A stretch of DNA of 64,000 bases, taken from assembly GCA_965208505.1 (NCBI GenBank), contig OZ242339.1, positions 1,331,876 to 1,395,875 on the forward strand. Direction: 5' to 3'. The notes under the pieces are model-generated. The model worked only from the letters and a program-made list of their open reading frames with translations, had not been told where the DNA came from and made no database searches. A program made the position numbers and the translations under genes. This DNA comes from Acidimicrobiales bacterium. Its GTDB lineage: Bacteria; Actinomycetota; Acidimicrobiia; Acidimicrobiales; Bin134. Below are positions 20,358 through 27,665 of the stretch, piece after piece. Each line of letters opens with the position of its first letter. Within the stretch, counting starts at the first letter, position 1.

Positions 20358-20398
20358 CAGATGGACCAAAAAACGGGGTCCGATCAGTCCGATTGATT

Positions 20399-20435
20399 GC
20401 TAAGTGGGAAAAATAATTGCCAGTTTTCTCACTTA
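20399..20435. promoter_or_regulatory. 37-nt semi-palindromic element, copy 2 (TAAGTGGGAAAA-N11-TTTTCTCACTTA core)
   Basis: The 12-nt arms have 1 mismatch. The element ends 22 nt upstream of the fic1 start. Confidence 0.6.
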
Positions 20436-20456
20436 GTGGCTAGGTAACGTAGAACT

Positions 20457-21887
20457 GTGGGGAGCTACACCATTCATCGTGTGTCCATGCAAGGAGTTCC
20501 TCCCGCATCGAGCACCGCGACGCGAAAGCTGGACCACCCGTATGGCAGTTTCGCCTCGTATCATCCAGATCGGCTTATGGAGCGCCATTTCGCAGCTCCC
20601 GCCCATTGGTCCGATGCGGCGCTCGATGCGGAACTCGCGATAAGGGAGTTCGAGCGGCGGCACGGACCTTTCGCCTCCCGCGTCGGCTGGGTGCTGCAAC
20701 GTTCTGAGAGCATCGGCTCAAGCACCATCGAGGATGTGAATCCTTCTCTGCGGAGAGTGGCCAGGGCCGAGGCGATAACCCGAAACGGCGGAGACCCCTA
20801 CGACGACCCCGCCAACGAGTCCGTCGGGAACATCGCTGCCACCCGTCTCGCCGCCGAGATCGGGGATGCACAGGGGCCGGTCACCTTGGACGACCTGCTC
20901 TCGATCCACTCCACATTGATGGGCCACACGTCCAAGCCCGAAGTGGGCGGGCATCTTCGCCCTGGTTGGGTCCGCATCGGCGGAGTGCTCGGCGGCTACC
21001 CACCTCCCGCATATGTCGCCCCGCCCGCTGAGGAAGTACCCGAGATGATGGACGATCTGCTCGAATACATCAACACCACCAACCATCACCCTGTCACCGC
21101 GGCCGCTGTTGCCCACGTCCAGTTCGAGTCGATTCACCCATTCCGCGACGGGAACGGGAGAGCCGGCAGAGCCCTAGTCCAGGCCATCCTCCGCAAAGGC
21201 GGCATCACTCGCTACACCACACCGCCGATCAGCGCCGTCCTCGCATTCAACCGAGACGAGTACATTGATGCCCTCGCCGCGTCTCGCTTCGAGGGGTCGG
21301 CGGACTCATCCGACCAGGTGAACTCGCTCGACCAGTGGGTGTCGCTCTTTTCCTCCGCTGCGGAAGCCTCCTGCGACTACGCAGAGGGGCTCATAACCCG
21401 AATTGACACTGTGACCAGCAAATGGGACAAGAAGCTCAGAAGCCGCAGGGGATCGGCTGCCCGAAGGATCGTTGAGCGCTTGCCCGAGATGCCCGTCTTC
21501 TCTGTGCAAAGCATGGCTGACCTATCAAGAACCTCATCCGCATCGGCATATAGGGCCATCGAAAAGCTCACCGCGGCAGGAATTATCGCGCCTGTGCGGG
21601 GGAAGCACCGCAGAAGCGGACTCTACGAAGCCCCTGAGATTCTCGACCTGTTCAAGGGTGAAAGTGAGCAGGACGAAGTGTTCGCTCAAGAAATCACAGA
21701 GCTCGTCGCTGGTCCGTCTTTCGGCGGAGCGCACACGAAGAAGGAAAAAGCAGCGGAAGCCATTCGCCTGCGACGCGCCGGGAATACTCATCGAGCAATC
21801 GGGGAGACACTGGGGATGTCAACTTCATGGGCGCAGGCAGTCACAAAGGGCATCGCCAGGGGCAAACATCCGAACCGCAGCAGGTGA
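20457..21887 (+). CDS. Fic/DOC-family protein (Fic_N + Fic + C-terminal wHTH/HTH), copy 1
   Basis: Intact Fic motif HPFRDGNGRAGR. The N-terminal alpha-inh-like motif is SSTIED. The C-terminal tail RLRRAGNTHRAIGETLGMS is HTH-like. The start (GTG at 20457 or ATG at 20487) is uncertain. Confidence 0.9.
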   Translation: MGSYTIHRVSMQGVPPASSTATRKLDHPYGSFASYHPDRLMERHFAAPAHWSDAALDAELAIREFERRHGPFASRVGWVLQRSESIGSSTIEDVNPSLRRVARAEAITRNGGDPYDDPANESVGNIAATRLAAEIGDAQGPVTLDDLLSIHSTLMGHTSKPEVGGHLRPGWVRIGGVLGGYPPPAYVAPPAEEVPEMMDDLLEYINTTNHHPVTAAAVAHVQFESIHPFRDGNGRAGRALVQAILRKGGITRYTTPPISAVLAFNRDEYIDALAASRFEGSADSSDQVNSLDQWVSLFSSAAEASCDYAEGLITRIDTVTSKWDKKLRSRRGSAARRIVERLPEMPVFSVQSMADLSRTSSASAYRAIEKLTAAGIIAPVRGKHRRSGLYEAPEILDLFKGESEQDEVFAQEITELVAGPSFGGAHTKKEKAAEAIRLRRAGNTHRAIGETLGMSTSWAQAVTKGIARGKHPNRSR

Positions 21888-21930
21888 CCGGATTGGGCCG
21901 AGCTTGCACGGCTCAATCCGGTCATTTTGA
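21886..21930. terminator. Long hairpin between convergent fic1 and the ATPase gene (GACCGGATTGGGCCG...CGGCTCAATCCGGTC followed by ATTTTGA)
   Basis: Read directly: 10-bp perfect outer stem plus an inner GCCG/CGGC pairing. It overlaps both stop codons and has a short T-run on the plus strand. Confidence 0.45.
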
Positions 21931-23295
21931 GCGGCACCTCCCGCTGTGCCCGTCGGGGCGTATACACCGCCCCGGAACCTGTTTCATCGGCCTATTGCAC
22001 CTGGGGCGGCGCGTCCCTCTCGCAGCGGCAGGAGCCGCCGCGATTTCGGGCACATCGTGACTTGACGGCCTGGCCTCGCCTCGATGCTGTTCAATGATGC
22101 TGAGGGCGGCGGTCGACTTCCGAACGAACTCCTCATCCATCAGCGGGCCAAGTCGGGCGTGTGTCCCCCCGTCGTAGGCGAGTGCTCCCATCGCGTCTAC
22201 CCGTTTCAGCAGGTCTGAGATCGCTTCGGACGAGTAGGGAAGCAGATCGGAGATGTCCCAGAGCGCCGCCTGCCCGCCATGGGTTGAGACGGCTCGCACC
22301 AGTGCCCGCTCGTTTTGGCTGAGGTTCTGCCACACATGCGCGTAGACGCGCTTACGCACAATCGACGTGGCTTGCAGGTCGGCGAACGCCGCGTCTTCAG
22401 CGCCGATCATCCGAATAGGAGCGTTAGCGTGCCGCCACGCCCAGTGTCCGAGCAGTTGCATCTTGTACGGGTATCCCTCAGCGTGCCGTACCAGCATCTC
22501 CAGCGCGTCCGGGGCGATGGCCCCCCCGCCGTCCCTGATGCCCTGTTGGAAGAAGAACCTGGCATCTTCCTCGCTGAGAGCCGCTATCTCGTGCTGCTCG
22601 CAGCGGCGGAAAAACGACAACCGGCGGTCCGCGAGCATGGTGTGGAGAACCTCTGGGAGCGCTGCGCCCACAAAGGCTACGGGCAGTTCACCATCGCGTG
22701 AGGTGACGAGCTGGAGGTCGGCTGCGAGCCTGACCATCTCGTCGCGCTCGCCTGCGTGCATCTCATCCACCGTGAGCAGCACACCGGTGTCGTGTTCCAA
22801 TGCGCCGTGTCCGATCATTTCGAGAGTGTCTCTCACGCTCGCACTCGTTCTGGTCTCCGAGATCTCCTTGGTGAATCTCGCGAGCCACAGGCGCAGGCTG
22901 CTGCTGACGGTCTTCGTAGTGTGGGCGGCATCGAGGGCGGCGGGTGTGGCGCCCATTACATCTTGGACAAACGGGTTTTTCGCCGCCTCGACCATGATGC
23001 GGTGGGCCAGGCCCGGCGAGCTCGCGTCGACCCTGAGAACGACCCAGCCTTCGGCTGCGGCGATGTCCTCTATCTCGTTGAGCATCACTGTCTTGCCAAA
23101 GCCGCGCTGCCCCAGAATCAGGTTATTGCTATTCGGATGGCGCGGCGAGGCGAGGACACTCTCGCTGATATCAGCGATCTCGACGGATCTGCCGGCGACG
23201 AGGTGCGGGCGCCGCCCGAAGCCGGGCGTGAACAAACTCTGCTGTTCGGGTGCCCGTCTGTCGACCACACCTAACTCTAACACGCTACCCGACAC
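21922..23295 (-). CDS. AAA+ ATPase (AAA_16/ATPase_2-like, ORC/Cdc6-like fold) with a C-terminal Cys/His tail
   Basis: Walker A LILGQRGFGKT and Walker B VLLTVDEMH, with a helical C-terminal half. The tail is CNRPMKQVPGRCIRPDGHSGRCR. The GTG start lies inside the tandem 20-mers, so the start is uncertain. Confidence 0.7.
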   Translation of the reverse strand: MSGSVLELGVVDRRAPEQQSLFTPGFGRRPHLVAGRSVEIADISESVLASPRHPNSNNLILGQRGFGKTVMLNEIEDIAAAEGWVVLRVDASSPGLAHRIMVEAAKNPFVQDVMGATPAALDAAHTTKTVSSSLRLWLARFTKEISETRTSASVRDTLEMIGHGALEHDTGVLLTVDEMHAGERDEMVRLAADLQLVTSRDGELPVAFVGAALPEVLHTMLADRRLSFFRRCEQHEIAALSEEDARFFFQQGIRDGGGAIAPDALEMLVRHAEGYPYKMQLLGHWAWRHANAPIRMIGAEDAAFADLQATSIVRKRVYAHVWQNLSQNERALVRAVSTHGGQAALWDISDLLPYSSEAISDLLKRVDAMGALAYDGGTHARLGPLMDEEFVRKSTAALSIIEQHRGEARPSSHDVPEIAAAPAAARGTRRPRCNRPMKQVPGRCIRPDGHSGRCRSK

Positions 23296-23335
23296 AATCG
23301 CACGCTACCCGACACAATCGCACGCTACCCGACAC
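23281..23335. repeat. Tandem 20-nt repeat, CACGCTACCCGACACAATCG x2 plus a 15-nt partial third copy
   Basis: Read directly. Copies 1 and 2 are identical. The repeat overlaps and precedes the ATPase start on the minus strand. Confidence 0.95.
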
Positions 23336-23493
23336 GGTATCCTTGAACTCGCTTCCAGGCTTGAACTAAAGCAGCGCTTCCTCTCCACAAACCACCGGCG
23401 GGATGGTCCGACAGGAAGTGCTCTATTCTCTCATCGGCGCCGTCGGCTGCGATTGGCTAGGGTGTCGCCCCGTTCGATGAGATAGGCATCATG

Positions 23494-24825
23494 TCATCTC
23501 GCCGAGTAGCGGTGCTGCCCGCTGTGGCCTTTGGGGAGGCAGCAGTCCTTTCTTGAGCGAGGGCCGCGAAACCCGCAGGTCGTTCCATCGGCGTTGTCTG
23601 ATGCGCTGAACTGGGGCCGTGCCAGCCCGCCGTCGGGTCCCATTTGCCTGAGGCTGTCCACTAACTCGGGAACTGTAAATCGACGGTTCCGCGCTCCCCC
23701 CGTTCGATGCACGATACCTGCGCTCTCAAGAGAGCCAAGCGCTTCCCTTGCCGCCCGTTTGGTAACTCCCAGCCGCGTTGACACCATGTCAGCATCCAGC
23801 ACTGGCATCGCGGGCAGAGCCTCTAGCAACTCCGCCGCTGTGCTTCCTCTCCTGAACCGCTTGGATTGCTGCCACCGGGAAACCATCATCTCGGCACTCT
23901 GAGTCGCCGAAAGTGCCTGTCTGTGGGCTTCTCCGCAGGAATCAGACAGCACCTCCAGCCATCGGCTCAAAGCCACGCTGCGAACAGCGTGTTCATCAAT
24001 CCCGCAGACAACTCGTGTGTCGTTGAGCGCCTGGTAGTATCTCTGCCTGTCGTTGCTCAACGCCGTGCTGATCGGAACGGCTCCGTTCGCTGCTCCTGAC
24101 GCGTTCAACACAGTATGTATGAGTGCCCTTCCTGTCCTGCCGTTACCGTCCTCGAATGGGTGGATGGTCTCGAACTGGGCGTGGACTGCTGCCGCCTTCA
24201 GCACGGGGTGGTGGCCGCTCTCGTTCACATAATCCGCCAGGTCGTCCAACAGCGGTGGCACTTCCTCTGGCGGTGGTGGGACGAACGACGCATCCTCGAT
24301 CAAACAGCCGGCAGGGCCTATCCAGATGGGCGAAGTCCGCACAGTGCCGCCGATATCCCTCTCCCGCGTGCCTTCGAAGAGAAGATTGTGGAGGGCGAGA
24401 ATGTCGTCTGCGGAGCAAACGCCGCCTGTCCGCATTTTCGCCCCCAACTCGACCGCCGCCGCTATCTGTTTGGCAGCTCCCAAAGTCAGTGAGTCGTTCT
24501 CGTCGGAGACTGGCTTGCCAGCTTGGACCATGTACCGCGCCCAGGCGAATCCCGATTCTGTAGCGTCCACCCCCTCAATCACGCTAGACCTGATGCTCTC
24601 GTCGCGTGCCATCATCCAGTCGGCTATCGCGCTGCCGAGCTCGCTGGCCGGCAGGGCGCTTGTGGCGGACAGCGCCCTGTCGGCCGCGGTCACCGCACTC
24701 AGGTCGGCGGCGCTGAGCGCTGGCTCCCACCCCGACAGCGGATGCGGCACATAGGAGCGGTAAGCTCTGCGCCCGTAACCTGCGGCAGTCGCCATCCAGC
24801 CCTCAGCCTCAACGTACCTCCCCAC
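23494..24825 (-). CDS. Fic/DOC-family protein (Fic_N + Fic + wHTH), copy 2, with a C-terminal Cys/His tail
   Basis: Intact Fic motif HPFEDGNGRTGR. The N-terminal alpha-inh-like motif SSVIEG fits [ST]xxxE[GN]. The tail is CGFRGPRSRKDCCLPKGHSGQHR. Confidence 0.9.
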   Translation of the reverse strand: MGRYVEAEGWMATAAGYGRRAYRSYVPHPLSGWEPALSAADLSAVTAADRALSATSALPASELGSAIADWMMARDESIRSSVIEGVDATESGFAWARYMVQAGKPVSDENDSLTLGAAKQIAAAVELGAKMRTGGVCSADDILALHNLLFEGTRERDIGGTVRTSPIWIGPAGCLIEDASFVPPPPEEVPPLLDDLADYVNESGHHPVLKAAAVHAQFETIHPFEDGNGRTGRALIHTVLNASGAANGAVPISTALSNDRQRYYQALNDTRVVCGIDEHAVRSVALSRWLEVLSDSCGEAHRQALSATQSAEMMVSRWQQSKRFRRGSTAAELLEALPAMPVLDADMVSTRLGVTKRAAREALGSLESAGIVHRTGGARNRRFTVPELVDSLRQMGPDGGLARPQFSASDNADGTTCGFRGPRSRKDCCLPKGHSGQHRYSAR

Positions 24826-24835
24826 ACCGCCAGCA

Positions 24836-24905
24836 TAACGCGTCGCATGGGCTATAACTCTTGTGTTCAGGACGCGATGCGCCCGCTAACGCGTCGCATG
24901 GGCTA
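24836..24905. promoter_or_regulatory. Two perfect 19-nt direct repeats, TAACGCGTCGCATGGGCTA, 51 nt apart, upstream of fic2
   Basis: Read directly: copies at 24836-24854 and 24887-24905. Each contains the palindrome ACGCGT. Confidence 0.8.
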
Positions 24906-25096
24906 CATGTTGGTCTCGCTCCCAAGCTTGTCCTCGAACACCACTGGTGCCACGCGGCACGATGCCCGATTTACCGTTGGGCATGGACGAGACCGCAGAT
25001 CCGGGCATTGAGGTTTCCTCAGGCGAGGCGGCCGACAGGCTGGCTGCCGACCTGAACGAGAGGTTCGGTGCTGGCATCGGCAAAGCTGATCGTGTG

Positions 25097-25121
25097 TTCT
25101 CAACGTTTGTGGAAATTTCTG
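25097..25121. repeat. Right copy of the 25-nt direct repeat, TTCTCAACGTTTGTGGAAATTTCTG
   Basis: Matches 16823-16847 at 24/25 positions. It is followed by the most AT-rich stretch noticed in the window (25122-25200). Confidence 0.9.
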
Positions 25122-25248
25122 CAAACAAGAAAAAATGAAAATAGCTGTAGACAATTGAGAAGATATTAGATAGGCTCACTTCCCTTGGCTTGAGCCAGGG
25201 TTATCGGCTTCGCAGGCCCCCATCGAGAAATGTCGAACGGAGAGCCGT
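25122..25248 (+). promoter_or_regulatory. AT-rich putative promoter / 5' region of the Tad-like operon
   Basis: CAAACAAGAAAAAATGAAAATAGCTGTAGACAATTGAGAAGATATTAGATAGG contrasts strongly with the surrounding GC-rich DNA. No TSS can be assigned by eye. Confidence 0.3.
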
Positions 25249-26352
25249 ATGGGAGCCGTCTGGTGTGGCCAGCGCCTCGTTGCCCTACTCATCGTGTTGA
25301 CCGCGGCGTGCGGTGCTTCCGAGACGGTGGCACCCGAGGTTTCTCCCGGTCCTCAGCCCGAGCTGTCCGGCGAGCCGGCCACTTTTGTATCCGGGGCTGC
25401 TGGGCCGGCGGACAGCCGAACCGAGGCAATGCCCTTCGCCACAACTACCCCGTCCTCTATTGCGAGCGCAATCCCGGAGGTCGTTGAGATCCCGGTTGCG
25501 CTTGCCGAGTCAGCCCCAGGTGCCGCTGATATTCCTGCCGCAGTCCCTGCTGTGGTCTCAGATGCCGAGAACGCTGCGGCTGTGACCGCGACTCTCCCAG
25601 ACCCGGACTCGCTCCTGAAGGCCGCTCAAAACAGCACGTTTCATCAATTTGGCGACGATGTGTATACCTGGAGCAGCGACCGGAGAGTCGTCATCCTAAA
25701 GATGCCGGTCGGCCACCCGGCCCTCGATGAGGTCAGGGATCTCCAAGGGCACAGGGACGGGATCATTGAGGACACCCCGGAATCCCGTTCTTGGGTACAG
25801 CGCTGTGCCCGCCGTCAAGCCGAACCAGCTCTCAGCACTTCTGACGCGGTGTACGGGGCAGTGTCCGCCCAGAGCGTGTACTCGTGTCTGGGCGGGTTCG
25901 CCCACCTCGTCGAGCTCTTCGCCCGGTATTGGTGGACCGACTCGGGAGTGGCCTGTGTGGCTGACGCAGTAACAGCCCACTCCTTTCGAGGAGATGCCCA
26001 TCCCCGCCCTCTCTCCATATGTCCATCAGCCGGCTATGACCCGGCTGCGCCGCAGCAGCCGGGATGGTTGAAAAAGCGCTGCGCAGACATTGTGGCCGCC
26101 AATCCCAATTCGAAGTTCCCGACCGACCCGGCGGTCTCCCGAGAACCGCTTCCGTCTTGCTGGGCACCCATCGTTGAGATTGTCGAGGACCAAGCCAGCG
26201 AAAACGTCGAATTCGGACTCACCGACAGTCCACACGATTGCTACCACGCCTTCTTGGGCTATGTGTGGGCCCGACAGACCGGGCGGGACAACCGCCCGCC
26301 CAATGACCTGGCCATCGGCTGCCACTACCGAGCCTTCGAGGCGGTCGCATGA
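25249..26352 (+). CDS. Cys-rich lipoprotein of unknown function (first gene of the Tad-like operon)
   Basis: Signal peptide with lipobox LIVLTAAC|GAS, an Ala/Pro-rich linker, then a Cys-rich C-terminal domain. It overlaps the next gene by 4 nt. Confidence 0.6.
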   Translation: MGAVWCGQRLVALLIVLTAACGASETVAPEVSPGPQPELSGEPATFVSGAAGPADSRTEAMPFATTTPSSIASAIPEVVEIPVALAESAPGAADIPAAVPAVVSDAENAAAVTATLPDPDSLLKAAQNSTFHQFGDDVYTWSSDRRVVILKMPVGHPALDEVRDLQGHRDGIIEDTPESRSWVQRCARRQAEPALSTSDAVYGAVSAQSVYSCLGGFAHLVELFARYWWTDSGVACVADAVTAHSFRGDAHPRPLSICPSAGYDPAAPQQPGWLKKRCADIVAANPNSKFPTDPAVSREPLPSCWAPIVEIVEDQASENVEFGLTDSPHDCYHAFLGYVWARQTGRDNRPPNDLAIGCHYRAFEAVA

Positions 26353-27665
26353 CTGCGACCGCGCGAATCTCGGCCGGCATGGTGCTGGTGGGCTTGCTCG
26401 GCATCGGGCTAGCGCTTTCCTCCCCCGACCACCAGCCAGTTCTTGCCCATGAGCAGACCAAGCTTGTCCCAGCCAGCGGGTCGGGAAGATGTCCGTCTGG
26501 CGTGCTGGGCTGCGCGGAGTCATGGACGCACGTCAATTCTTGGACTCACTACACCGCCCGCGTACCCCCGAACTGCTCGGTGGACATCATCGACCAGTGT
26601 GGGATCACCGTGACCTCCAGGTCAGCGACTAGCTCCTGCCCGGGCACCAGCAATTGCGGCCATGGACCGCACAACAGCACTCCTCGGCCTTCGGGCCCCG
26701 GAACATGGACCACCTGGAACGGCCATCGCAATATCAACTATCGGTGGTCGGGGCAGCGACAGGTACCCGTCGATCACGATCACGCCGGAGGGAGTCCGAA
26801 CCCTGCTACGCCGACACCGTCGGCCACCCCGGCGCCTACTTCCCACTCAACGCCGCAGCCCACCCCCTCCCCCAAGCCCATCGACTTGACTGGTTTCAAT
26901 CCCTGCGCCAATGGCGGGTGCCTGCCCTCGTGCATGACCGATGGCATCCCCGGTAATTGCCCGTGGGAGATCCCAGAGTCCAAGGACTGCACGACCGCGT
27001 GGGGCAGCACAACCCGTCAGCGGTTGCTGAGCCATCTGCGATGGGAGTCGATCGTTCCCTACTCCTCCGGATTCACGGGCCAGCACCATCCCGAAGTCCC
27101 TGGAGGGCAGTTCTTCTTGACGGCAGCGTCAACGTCGGGAAGCCCTGCCCGCCATTGGACCGCACAGCAGCCAGGAACCACGCTCAACGTTAACGACGCC
27201 CCGGTTGACGGGTGCCTGTGGACGGCCGACGCCGTCGGAGTGTCGCTCCGGGAGCTGCTCCCCCACGAGCCATCTGACCTATCCCGGCTCCGCTCGCCTG
27301 GCAATGTCGCGGCTGCGGACGAGGCTCGACAAGCAGCAGCTCTGTGGGGCCGACTGAGCTCCGAACGCCAGCAGTGGTTCCAGGCAGCCTTTCCCAGGAG
27401 CGACCCTTCAATCATTTGGTGCCCTCCCGCTGACCTGCCCCCGTGGACCGTGCCGGTTGACAACGTGCTCTCCCTGTCAAGCGACTGGGAAGACCGCCAT
27501 GGGCGATGTCGATGGGCCATCCCCCGCCGCGGTTTCTGGGAGTGGAAGATCCTGGTCCAATACACTTCAGAGCAGGGCGACAACCACACCGAGACGTTGG
27601 CTTCCGACCTCTCCTGGTTCCGTGAGCCGACCGGATATATGGGTCAGCAGGTAACGCTGTGGTAG
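26349..27665 (+). CDS. Secreted/membrane-anchored Cys-rich protein of unknown function with a Pro/Thr linker
   Basis: N-terminal hydrophobic segment ISAGMVLVGLLGIGLAL, a Cys-rich module, the linker PNPATPTPSATPAPTSHSTPQPTPSPKP and a Trp-rich C-terminal domain. It overlaps both neighbours. Confidence 0.55.
   Translation: MTATARISAGMVLVGLLGIGLALSSPDHQPVLAHEQTKLVPASGSGRCPSGVLGCAESWTHVNSWTHYTARVPPNCSVDIIDQCGITVTSRSATSSCPGTSNCGHGPHNSTPRPSGPGTWTTWNGHRNINYRWSGQRQVPVDHDHAGGSPNPATPTPSATPAPTSHSTPQPTPSPKPIDLTGFNPCANGGCLPSCMTDGIPGNCPWEIPESKDCTTAWGSTTRQRLLSHLRWESIVPYSSGFTGQHHPEVPGGQFFLTAASTSGSPARHWTAQQPGTTLNVNDAPVDGCLWTADAVGVSLRELLPHEPSDLSRLRSPGNVAAADEARQAAALWGRLSSERQQWFQAAFPRSDPSIIWCPPADLPPWTVPVDNVLSLSSDWEDRHGRCRWAIPRRGFWEWKILVQYTSEQGDNHTETLASDLSWFREPTGYMGQQVTLW

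Larger units (their letters stand above)
19148..20381 (+). mobile_element. IS3-family insertion sequence (~1.23 kb)
   Basis: Imperfect ~36-nt terminal inverted repeats (left TGACCCCCTTGGTTTGGTCCACCTGTTGTGAGAGT; reverse complement of right GGACCCCGTTTTTTGGTCCATCTGCTATGAGAGT). It has orfA/orfB in the 0/-1 frames. No clean target-site duplication was seen. Confidence 0.85.

Noticed and set aside
19140-20390. Target-site duplications flanking the two IS3 elements.
   Set aside because: The flanking 3-4 nt do not match (GCG vs GAT for copy 1, TCC vs GCC for copy 2). Either the ends are off by a base or flanking rearrangements occurred.
23281-23335. Possibility that the 20-nt tandem repeats form a mini CRISPR array.
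   Set aside because: The repeats are directly adjacent with no spacers, there are only ~2.75 copies, and no cas genes are present.
24947-25138. A 63-aa plus-strand ORF (…GMDETADPGIEVSSGEAADRLAADLNERFGAGIGKADRVF…) running through the right direct repeat.
   Set aside because: It has no SD and no recognisable family, and it ends in the AT-rich spacer. It could be a remnant of an island gene, but the evidence is too weak to call.
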